A program made the translations under genes and the position numbers. Shown piece by piece: positions 47,531-56,900 of a stretch of DNA of 64,000 bases. The stretch is taken from contig JBMORX010000010.1 of assembly GCA_049322615.1 (NCBI GenBank), positions 25,416 to 89,415 on the forward strand. Direction: 5' to 3'. A model generated the notes under the pieces. The model ran no database searches, was not told the origin of the DNA, and saw only the letters and a program-made list of their open reading frames with translations. Position 1 is the stretch's first letter. Every line of letters begins with the position of its first letter. This DNA is from Patescibacteria group bacterium. GTDB taxonomy: Bacteria; Patescibacteriota; Microgenomatia; CAYGWK01.

Positions 47531-50500
47531 TTATTTAATTGTCATCCCCTCGACCGTAACTCCGCTTATATTCATATCTCCAGTTGCCAGATTAACTGTT
47601 TGGGTCATACACCAATCAGAGCTGCCACCACTAACTTCTGCTCTAACTCGATATTGATAAGTATGACCTGAAGAAACGTTGGTATCAGTATGAGAAGTAC
47701 TGTCAATTGCCTTGTCTATCAAAAAAGTAAATCCTCCACTATCGGTATTCTTTTCAATTCGATAACCTGTCTCAACCGCGGTATTGTCCTGCCATTTAAC
47801 TATCAGCTGACTTGGTTGACCGCTATCATCAATCAAACAACCTGTTGGTGGGTAAAATGAAGCGGTGGTAAAAGAATAAACCGGAGACTGGGTGGTACTC
47901 CAGATATTTGAACCGCCTGGATCAATCGCATAAGAGCGCCAATAATAGGTTGTTAGGGGAGAGAGAGCCGATTGAACAGTATAAGTCGCTTGAGTGCCTG
48001 AAGTGTAAGCAGTTCCTCCTTGGGTATTCTGACCCGACCAGCCAGTTTGAGAAGAGGTTTGGTCAAAGGTTTGGCAATTTTGAGTCATTCCAGAGTCGGT
48101 ACAAACTTGAATTTTATATCTTAGGTAATCGCTTTCGGTATCAGTGGCGGTAGTTTTCAAAGCAGGAGTTAGACTAACATTGGTGGCAGCGTTAGTTGGT
48201 GAATCCAAACTTGGCGTATTCGGACGATTGTTGATCGTGTAGTTAATAGTGACACTGGTAAGTTGGGGAGAAACTTGAGTGTCATTGGTGGAAAGAATGG
48301 CGCGATATTGAATATAACGATTAGCTGTCGAGGAAATAGTTGAGCCTCCCGGCGTCGTGAGATAGTTGGTATTTGAGCGGAAATCATCAAGGTACATGGT
48401 AAAACCTTCGGAAGCATCCAAAATTCGCAACCCTAGCCTAACAATGGCATTCCTGTCGGCAACGGAAACATCACCAATATCCCAATATTCTCTTTGCCAT
48501 TTGAAAACATCGGCATCAGTAGAGTAGCCGCCAGAAGGGGCAGTTCCCGACCAGGAAGAAACGGTGACCAGTCCTGAAGAAATTGAACTTACCTCTCCTT
48601 GCATAATATAGAGAGTGCCATTGTAATTTTCTCGGACAATGACGGTGTCGCCTTTATAAAGCCCGGTGGTTGAATCAGGGGTGAATTGGGTGTCCGAAGT
48701 TGAAGTCGGACCATCGGAACCAGCGGTGGTGACAAAATCAACATTTACCTGATGCGTTCTCAAGCTATATTGATAAGCCAGGCGGATTTCCTCAGGCGTG
48801 CGGGCGGTATTAGAGATGCGGACTTCGTCAATAATTCCTTTATAAAATTGAGTCATACTCCCATTATTATTAGCCGCTCCTATAGAAGCATTTGTGACGA
48901 CGAGGGCATTTCTTGAGGTTGTATCACTACCGATTTGATTGCTATCCAGGTAGAGTTTTCTGTCGCTGGCACTTGATTGAACAAAAGCCACATGATGCCA
49001 TAGACCATCGGAGACACTTTGAGAATAGGTAATAATACTACCGCCTGTTCCGCCACTGTCTCGATACCAAACTCGAATCCCACCATTGGTTGAAGGATTG
49101 TCTCCGTAGTAAATAATAAAGAGGTTATTGGACCAGTTTGCCGGGGTTCCCTCTGAGTATACGACCGGAGCAGTGGTGAAGACGCCTAATTCCGCTTTTG
49201 CCCAAAACTCGACTGTATAAGCAGTGCCTTCGGTGACTCCAATATCAGGGAGTCCAATATAGTCATTTAATCCATTAAAATATCTTCCATTACCAATTTT
49301 TCCTTGGGTAATGGTATGCTCTGGACCAGCATAATTACCTAAAGAGGTTAAAGAGCCATTGCTAATTAAATGGTTAGCGTAGCTTAAGGAGCCGGCATTA
49401 TAAATTACCTTTCTTATTGTTCCCGAACCGTTGGTAATGGCGATAGCATCAAAATATCCAGTTCTCGTTGAAGTGGTATCGTCCTCACAGGCAACATCAA
49501 AATAAGTAATTGTTTTGCCAACGTGACCACTTGGTAAGGCGATTTTTCGGTGGTACCATTTCCCTAGAGCCTTGGCATCGAGATCGGTATTAGGATGGGC
49601 ATTCAAGTTATTTTGATCAACAACACCGGCATCTCGAAGAGTTGCTCCATCAGAGGTGGTGTAATCAAAGGCGATCTTGTCAAGCGAAGCTGTCCAATAA
49701 ATATCGTATTCAAGATAATCTCCTGACTGAATAACATAGTCGGCAACTCCAGTTAAATCAATATAAGCATAGGAGTTTCCCGAGGCAGTCATCGAATAAA
49801 CAGTTCTTAAAGAATTATAGGAAGTGCCGTCATTATTGTTTGCTGAACTGTCGTCAAGATTAGTGGATTGGTCATCTAAATGCCAAAGACCCCTAGTGTT
49901 GGTATCTGTTCCATAAACCGAATGGTCCGTTTCCCCAATATAGGTTTCGGCAATGGTTCCTTGACGGTCAGCAGCAAAATAAAAGGGAACTTTGGTTTTG
50001 CCTGAAAGATCGGTTGAGGAGATGGTTTTTTGTAATCGATGGTCTCTTCCTGCCCGATAGGCTTCGGCAATTTCCTCGGCGGTCATCGCCGTCGCTTTGA
50101 CAAATGGTTCATCGATAATGCCGTCGAAAAACGAGGCAGGGGTGGAGGTCATTGACGCCCCAATTCCAAAAGAACCAGTGTTGTCGAAGATACCTGAAGA
50201 ATAAGAAGTTGTTCCGATTAATGCCCCATCAAGATAAATTTTTAAGGCAGAACCATCATAAACTCCGACTGCCAAATGCCATTGGTAAGTGGGAACGGCC
50301 GAAGTGCCCGAGACGCCGGCGAGGGCTGTTCCGTTTGAGGAGACTAAAAAATCTAGAGAGCCGTCGGCTGAACCCGAACAGGCGCCACAAACATAAAGAT
50401 AGTAACCATATTGTCCAGAATCTCCACCTTTGGTGACAATCGAATGGTCGGCGTCAGTGTTGGCATGGGGGTAAACCCAAGCCCCGACTGTCCAGCCACC

Positions 50501-53386
50501 ACTACCGGTATAGTCGAGTTTGGTTGTTCCTCCGCAATTTCCATCGGTACAAGAAAGATATTGACTTGAACCGGAAAATTCCCTGGCGCTTGAGAAAAAT
50601 CCGCTGTTGGTGACGGTTGCCCCGGTTGGGGTGAGGTCATTATTTAAGGAAGTTTCATCTTGAATATAAGCACTCGACCCTCCTGTTTCTTCTAAGTGCC
50701 AAAGACCTCGGGTATTGGCGTCTGTTTGGGGAGCGCCGACAGTGGATTTTAAGGAACCTGTACCTTCCATTTTAATCGTTGATTCATCGGTTTTGGTAAG
50801 CATCGTTGTACTTGAGGTTGACCAATTAGTGGCATCTGAATCCATTGAGGCAATAGCAGTTTCATTGGTGATTGGTCTCCACTCTTCCCAAGTGGAATTG
50901 TCAGCCGAGGTTCGGGTCTGAAATTCCACATCCGCCCCAACCCCGGCAACAGGTTCGGGAGAGGAGTATTGGTGGACCCTTAAGTCATCAACATAAAAAG
51001 TCGTAGTTCCGCCCCAATAGCCCTGAACCCTTATTTGGGTAATGGTTGTAATTTGTCCCGTAAGAGTTCCTACTTGGTTTCCATCTATAAAAAATGTTAT
51101 CTCACCAGTAGATTTCATCCTAATAGCAAATTTATGCCAGCCAGTGGTTCTAGCAACCGTTGTGGCAGTATAAGTGAAAGCTGTATTGTGATATACATAG
51201 TTAGTAGAAGAGCTATCTGTCCAAACTCCAATCCCAACTGTATTGGTGCCATCATATAACCGAATCACCTTAAAGGCGGTGGTGTCCGAGTCATCATACA
51301 TATCAAAAGTAAGATAAATATTGGGAGTAGTAAATGCCTTATAAGCCGTTATTGAGGTATCCACTGAGTTTGTCTGGACGAGCTTGCCGCTATAGCTACC
51401 TCTTTTTGCCTGCTCGGTTGAAGCTGACCAAGTGCCGGCAGTTGGATTGAGAACAGTCCAATCGCTAACATCCCCATCCTCAAAATTATCCCAAAAAGGG
51501 AAAGTAGCCGAGCCATTACTTCCGGTGCTGGCTCCGGAATTTCCATACCACATAAAGATAGTCGTAAAGGAACTGGCGGTGATTGAGTCCACCTCCACCC
51601 AAACCTTTGCCCAGGCGCCATCGGCTTTATCTTCAATCCAATAATCAAGACTTGTTCCTGAAGAATTAGTAAAGCGCAAATCATCAAAGTCTGTTTGCAT
51701 ATTGGAGTCATAGTCAACGTTGACTTTGACTTGATAATTAGTCAAAGTGTTGGAATTTTGGGTATTATCAATAATCACCGGTTTGTAGTTGCTCCAGCCT
51801 GGAAGTGAAGCGCTTGAAGAAGCAGTATCACTCCAAGATAAAGAATCAAGACTGGTAACTTTTGAAGTGCCGGAGGTTAGGTCAATTGAATCAGAAGTGT
51901 GGATTCCATAAGGAAATCTTTGGGCATCCTGGCGAATTTCCTCAGGGGTGCGGGCGATGTCAGAGATGCGGACTTCGTCAATTACACCATTAAAATAATC
52001 GCCACTATACCAAGACGCTTTACCAATTGTCGGGGCAGTGGTGTCTTGAGACAAGGCAGACGCAGTTCCAGTACCTGTCAAAATTCCATTTATATAGATT
52101 TTTATACTTGAACCATCCCAAGTGCCAGCAAGATGGCTCCATGTTCCGCTTGGAAGGGCAACCGTACTTGTTGCAGATGGGCATGTTGATGGGGTGCAGA
52201 TATTAAAAAATGGAATACCGCTACTTGTTACTTCTAATTTATAACCTATCCAATTCCCGCCATACTTTGAAAAAATAGCACAATTGGTATCGGCCCCTGT
52301 ACAGGTAAAATTAGTTGGTTTTACCCAGGCTTCAACAGTAACCGCTGATGTAGGTTTTAGTGAAGAAGAGTCAGAGAAAGAAATATAATCACTTGAACCG
52401 TTAAAACTCCGGGCATTGCCGAATTTGCCGGTGGTGACATTAGTGCTACTTGCTGATGTGCCGGTGTTTGAGTTTCCAGAGCTATCGGCGACAGTGGTGG
52501 TTCCTGAACTTTCATTCATATGCCATAATCCTACGGTCCGAATATCGGCTGCAAGTTCATGGTAGGGAAGCTCAAGTTTTGGCGAGGAGCCGGAACCAGC
52601 ATCGCTAATTCGATTGAAGGTGCCGGTGGAGAATTCAGAAGAGGTATCGTGGACGACCGAAGGGTCAATAATAACCGGATATTGGCGAGCCGGATGAGAA
52701 AGCCAGTCTGAAGAAGGCGAGATGATAATCTCGTAAGACGTAGAACCAGAAAGACTTGAACGCGAAACAACGCGGAGTTCAACCTCGGTGCTTCTGGCGC
52801 CCGCCGCATCAACCATAAAAGGCTTGGGAATATGGAAGCGATATTGACCATCTTGGGTGTCAATAAAGTAAGTTGAAACTCTGCCATCTAAGGATTTCCT
52901 TGGCACCGCATTCTTTAAATTAAGCGCGAATCTAAATTGCTTAATTGCTAGATTGCTAGATTGCTGATTGCTGAGAATAATTTCTTCCTTAATGCCTTTA
53001 TCGTTAAGCGAATATTTAATATCAATTCCCGGCTGGATATCTTTATAAAGAAGTGAGCTACAGTTCACCTCCGAGGTGGAAGAGGCTCCGCCTTCGGCGG
53101 AGAGACACCTCGGAGGTGGATTTCCAAATTCGGCAGGAGAAAATTCTGCGGACGAGTCTTCTTGTTCAAATTTGACTTTGGGTTTGTTTTCTTGAAGCCT
53201 ATCTCCCAGATATACTGCGAAATCTTTAGATATATTTTGATAGAGATAAGAGGTGGTTGGGGGAGCAGGTGATAATTGGGGGACAGAGGCTTTTTTGGGA
53301 GAAGGCTTAATTACGGAAAAAGCTATAATAATTATAATTATTATAATTGTTATAAATTTTATAATCTTTATAATTTTTTTCTTCAT
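47531..53386 (-). CDS. Giant secreted/surface protein (1951 aa) with LamG/concanavalin-like and FN3-like domains
   Basis: N-terminal signal anchor MKKKIIKIIKFITIIIIIIIIAF; three copies of the LamG-type core (SIKIYINGILTG..FNGVIDEVRISDIARTPEEIRQ; LKIYLDGALIGT..FDGIIDEP; KLYLDSNQIGSD..YKGIIDEVRISNTARTPEEIR); Ser/Thr-rich; FN3-like region near the N-terminus. Confidence 0.7.
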   Translation of the reverse strand: MKKKIIKIIKFITIIIIIIIIAFSVIKPSPKKASVPQLSPAPPTTSYLYQNISKDFAVYLGDRLQENKPKVKFEQEDSSAEFSPAEFGNPPPRCLSAEGGASSTSEVNCSSLLYKDIQPGIDIKYSLNDKGIKEEIILSNQQSSNLAIKQFRFALNLKNAVPRKSLDGRVSTYFIDTQDGQYRFHIPKPFMVDAAGARSTEVELRVVSRSSLSGSTSYEIIISPSSDWLSHPARQYPVIIDPSVVHDTSSEFSTGTFNRISDAGSGSSPKLELPYHELAADIRTVGLWHMNESSGTTTVADSSGNSNTGTSASSTNVTTGKFGNARSFNGSSDYISFSDSSSLKPTSAVTVEAWVKPTNFTCTGADTNCAIFSKYGGNWIGYKLEVTSSGIPFFNICTPSTCPSATSTVALPSGTWSHLAGTWDGSSIKIYINGILTGTGTASALSQDTTAPTIGKASWYSGDYFNGVIDEVRISDIARTPEEIRQDAQRFPYGIHTSDSIDLTSGTSKVTSLDSLSWSDTASSSASLPGWSNYKPVIIDNTQNSNTLTNYQVKVNVDYDSNMQTDFDDLRFTNSSGTSLDYWIEDKADGAWAKVWVEVDSITASSFTTIFMWYGNSGASTGSNGSATFPFWDNFEDGDVSDWTVLNPTAGTWSASTEQAKRGSYSGKLVQTNSVDTSITAYKAFTTPNIYLTFDMYDDSDTTAFKVIRLYDGTNTVGIGVWTDSSSTNYVYHNTAFTYTATTVARTTGWHKFAIRMKSTGEITFFIDGNQVGTLTGQITTITQIRVQGYWGGTTTFYVDDLRVHQYSSPEPVAGVGADVEFQTRTSADNSTWEEWRPITNETAIASMDSDATNWSTSSTTMLTKTDESTIKMEGTGSLKSTVGAPQTDANTRGLWHLEETGGSSAYIQDETSLNNDLTPTGATVTNSGFFSSAREFSGSSQYLSCTDGNCGGTTKLDYTGSGGWTVGAWVYPHANTDADHSIVTKGGDSGQYGYYLYVCGACSGSADGSLDFLVSSNGTALAGVSGTSAVPTYQWHLAVGVYDGSALKIYLDGALIGTTSYSSGIFDNTGSFGIGASMTSTPASFFDGIIDEPFVKATAMTAEEIAEAYRAGRDHRLQKTISSTDLSGKTKVPFYFAADRQGTIAETYIGETDHSVYGTDTNTRGLWHLDDQSTNLDDSSANNNDGTSYNSLRTVYSMTASGNSYAYIDLTGVADYVIQSGDYLEYDIYWTASLDKIAFDYTTSDGATLRDAGVVDQNNLNAHPNTDLDAKALGKWYHRKIALPSGHVGKTITYFDVACEDDTTSTRTGYFDAIAITNGSGTIRKVIYNAGSLSYANHLISNGSLTSLGNYAGPEHTITQGKIGNGRYFNGLNDYIGLPDIGVTEGTAYTVEFWAKAELGVFTTAPVVYSEGTPANWSNNLFIIYYGDNPSTNGGIRVWYRDSGGTGGSIITYSQSVSDGLWHHVAFVQSSASDRKLYLDSNQIGSDTTSRNALVVTNASIGAANNNGSMTQFYKGIIDEVRISNTARTPEEIRLAYQYSLRTHQVNVDFVTTAGSDGPTSTSDTQFTPDSTTGLYKGDTVIVRENYNGTLYIMQGEVSSISSGLVTVSSWSGTAPSGGYSTDADVFKWQREYWDIGDVSVADRNAIVRLGLRILDASEGFTMYLDDFRSNTNYLTTPGGSTISSTANRYIQYRAILSTNDTQVSPQLTSVTINYTINNRPNTPSLDSPTNAATNVSLTPALKTTATDTESDYLRYKIQVCTDSGMTQNCQTFDQTSSQTGWSGQNTQGGTAYTSGTQATYTVQSALSPLTTYYWRSYAIDPGGSNIWSTTQSPVYSFTTASFYPPTGCLIDDSGQPSQLIVKWQDNTAVETGYRIEKNTDSGGFTFLIDKAIDSTSHTDTNVSSGHTYQYRVRAEVSGGSSDWCMTQTVNLATGDMNISGVTVEGMTIK

Positions 53387-53946
53387 CTTGATTTTCCTTT
53401 CTTAAACTCTAGTCTTTTTCTAAACAGGTTTTCTCTAAATCCGCCCTCTTTGATAAATCTTTCCTCGGTCCAGCGGAGTTTTTGGTCTAACAGAGAGTTG
53501 GTTTGGTTGATAAGACAGATTAGGGTGTTGGCGGCCGTCTCGGGAGATTTCTGAATATAAATTTTATAATCTTTATAACTTTTATAATTTTTATAGGCGA
53601 TTCTTCGAATCGCCAGGGATCGAGGATCGTCTTTCAGCCAAAGAGTAAGTCCTCTTTGTCTTAAAAAATCTAAGAAGTCGTTTAGAAGTTCTTCGTAGGA
53701 GCCCCGAGAAACTCCTAGCATCTTTAATCTCCCTTCAACGCTTTTTTGGAGGTAGCCCTCGGCAATGCACTGTTTGCCGGATCTTGCGGCTTGAGTCATT
53801 TGCTCTTTTTGGCGAAGAGAGCGGATATAGCGGTCGCAAAACTCAACCGTTCCATCGTAAACAATCTCCGCCTGTTGGAAGAAGGGAAGGGTTTTATAAC
53901 CGCTAGGTTTCAAACTCTGCTTATAACCTTTATAATTTTTATCCAT
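53383..53946 (-). CDS. Four-helix-bundle protein (TIGR02436-like, the '23S rRNA intervening-sequence protein' family) with an N-terminal Tyr/Lys-repeat extension
   Basis: MTQAARSGKQCIAEGYLQKSVEGRLKMLGVSRGSYEELLNDFLDFL matches the family's xQxxRAAxSxxxNIAEGyxR...ARGSxxEL pattern; N-terminal YKNYKSYKDYKIY repeats. Confidence 0.55.
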   Translation of the reverse strand: MDKNYKGYKQSLKPSGYKTLPFFQQAEIVYDGTVEFCDRYIRSLRQKEQMTQAARSGKQCIAEGYLQKSVEGRLKMLGVSRGSYEELLNDFLDFLRQRGLTLWLKDDPRSLAIRRIAYKNYKSYKDYKIYIQKSPETAANTLICLINQTNSLLDQKLRWTEERFIKEGGFRENLFRKRLEFKKGKSR

Positions 53947-53947
53947 C

Positions 53948-56900
53948 TTAATTTATTATCCACCAGTTAAACCTTATCTCTTGGTCAATTGGGGTATCAA
54001 TTCCAACCTTAAACCATTCGCCAGATTTCTTGGCCGAAACGTACAAGACCTTATTTTGAGTATCTGAAACTGGAGTAAGATAAACTAAAGTATTTTCGCT
54101 GACTTTTGGATTAAAAATTGTAAATTCAGTTGAGCCCGCAGGTAAAATTCCCAACCCCGAGGTGGCGTTAGTTCGGATTTCTGCCAGGCTTGCCGATTGG
54201 GTAGCCGAGTAATCGGCGGCAATGACCAGAGAGGCAAATTGGGCTGAACCCGAAGCATCGATTGAGGCGACGGTCTCCCCAAGCGGGTTTTGAATCGCCA
54301 AGAGCTTGCCAAAAGCAGATTCTTCTGGGGAGGTCGAACCTCCGGAGAGGTTCGACCTCTTAAGGACTAAACCAGAAGCCGAGATCTCACCGCCGACTGC
54401 CAGATTGCCGGCGACCTGAACATTGCCATCGGTATCAATCGTCATCTTTCCTGCCAGAATATCAACTGGTCCCCAACCAGAGGACTGAAGACGGAGGACA
54501 GAAGACGGAAGAGAGTTGATACCCGTGCTGTCGATAACAACTGCTCCATCAACCATTAATTGTCCAGCCACAGTCGTGTCAGCCAAAGAGGTTCGGCCTA
54601 AAACCTTTAAGTTTGCGGTGATTTTCAGGTCAGAAGAAGGATCGGTGATTGGCCAAGATTGAGTCTCAGCTAAAAGACTGCTTGCAGTTGCGGTTTCGTT
54701 GGCATATGATAGAGTTGGCGTGGGGTTGGCAGGTTGGCTGGATGGGCTTGTCAAGCCACGTCCATCGGGTTCAACTCCCGACAGCTCCACGCCCTCTTGA
54801 GATTGGGACTTGACAGGCGTGTTATTATCTGTTATATTATTGTCAAGCTTGACAGGCCCATCTATTAGCGAACTTGCTGGACTTACCAGAGCCGCTTCAT
54901 TTGAGGCGGTTTTTTGGTTCTCGAGATTTTCTAACCTTGCCAATAATTCTCCAAAGCTGCCCCTTAAGGCGCTTATTTCTTTAGTTTCTATCTTGTCCGC
55001 GTAGAGGGTGCCGGAAACCGTCGCATCTTGGGTTACTTGTAACGTCTCACTTGTCACCTGTCCGGCGAAGCTTGCTGAGCCGGAAGAATCTATACTCGCC
55101 ACCGTTTCTCCTTGCTCATTCTGAACCAGAAGCTTGCCGAAGCCAGATCCTTCGGAGGTCGAACCTCCTTGGAGGTTCGACCTCTTAAGGGAAATCACGA
55201 TTTCCGAAGAGTCTGGTAATGGTGAAATAATTCCAGTCTCAACCACCGGCGAGATAATCTTCTTCTCGGCGATTAATCTTTGTCCAAAAATCGTTCCTGC
55301 TTCGTCAATTGAGGCAATGGTTTTACCAAGAGAGTCTTTAATCTCAAGAACTTTTTCAGCTACATCAACTGCCTTCTTGGTGTTAATAACTACCTTATTT
55401 AAAGTGGCTACTCCCAATTCGTCAATTAACCAATTGCCGTCCGTTGATTTAATAGTCTTAGTCACTATTTCCTGGGCTTGTATTTGTTCCTCTGGTGGTG
55501 AGTCTTGGTTCCAAGAGAGATTGGCAAAGGCGGTAACTTCTCCTAGGGCATTGATGTCTCCATTGGTTTCAAAGGGAGAAAGGGCGATTCCGATAGTTCT
55601 TACTTTACCGGTCGCCTTCATTGCCCGACCCGGGACAGGTGAGGCCGTCAAGAAATCGCCTCTTTTGATCGAGCCGCCAATTCCAGAAACCTTAACTGGA
55701 ACACGACCCGCAAGAGCAAGAGGATATTTAAATTTAGCTTCGGGCATATCGCCGTCAAGAGTTATAGCGGGCGCAGTCGAAATAATACCCAAAACATCCC
55801 CTTGATTAGCCTTTGTAGTCCTTACCAGGTTTTCGTTGTTATTTGGGTCAACAGCAACTAGTTCTCCCGGTTCAAGGGGCATACTAGCGGGAAACATTTC
55901 TGCTAAATCAAAACCGTTAGATAGACGACAACATTGAGCATACCAACCCGGATTACAAGTTCCGGGGCAGGAGCCTCCCCCTGAAACAGAGGTACATTTA
56001 TAAGTGGTGGAAATATTACTACAAGCAGTATTCCCGGTTATACCATTGCAATCTGCGGAAGTTGTACATTCAATATTTAACGCCGTACCACTTTTTCTTA
56101 TTTGACCAGTAAAGTTAATATCTCCGGAAACATCTAATTTATAGGAGGGCCCCGTCGTCCCGATGCCGACGTTGCCGTTCATATAAATCTTACCTTCACT
56201 ATCTACAATTTCCCCATAACCCGCATGCTTATACATCTGAATGTATGCACCAGCAGTACCTTCGTACAATCTTAATTTCGCTTCGCTACCACTTGTAGAT
56301 GTTCCAGCAACAATGTCCCCTGCAACTGCCAATTTAAAATTTGAACCAAGATTATTCCAGATATTAGAACCAACTTGTGTGAGATACGCTGGACTCGTCG
56401 TCCCGATGCCGACATTGCTACCATCCAGAGTCATTACATTCGCAACACCGAGATTAGTGAAAGTCAATTTACTACTTAAATTTTCGATTCTCCAGGTTTT
56501 TCCTGCGGTAGAGTTTGTAAGGTCCAGTTGGACATCGCCAGCACGTTCAATATCTAAAGCAACTGTTGGACTTGTCGTCCCGATTCCGATATTGCCAGCG
56601 TTGGTAATTCTTAGCCTTTCTGTTGCTCCGGCGTCGCCTCCAACCGAGGTATAAAAAGCCAAATCGCCAGCGTTTAAGGTATAAATCTTGGAAAGTCCGG
56701 AAGTGGGGAGAAGAGTAAGATTGGGGGTGCCGGAAATTGAGGCAATTCCACCCATCGTTAAATTGCCAACATTAATTAAGTTGTCACTTGCAAGAGAAAT
56801 ATTATTTGAGGCAGCGTTAATGGTAATATCTCCTGAACTATTGCTAATTAAAGATTGGGCGCCGCCAACAGTCAAACTTCCACTTTGGGTGGAGGAACCG

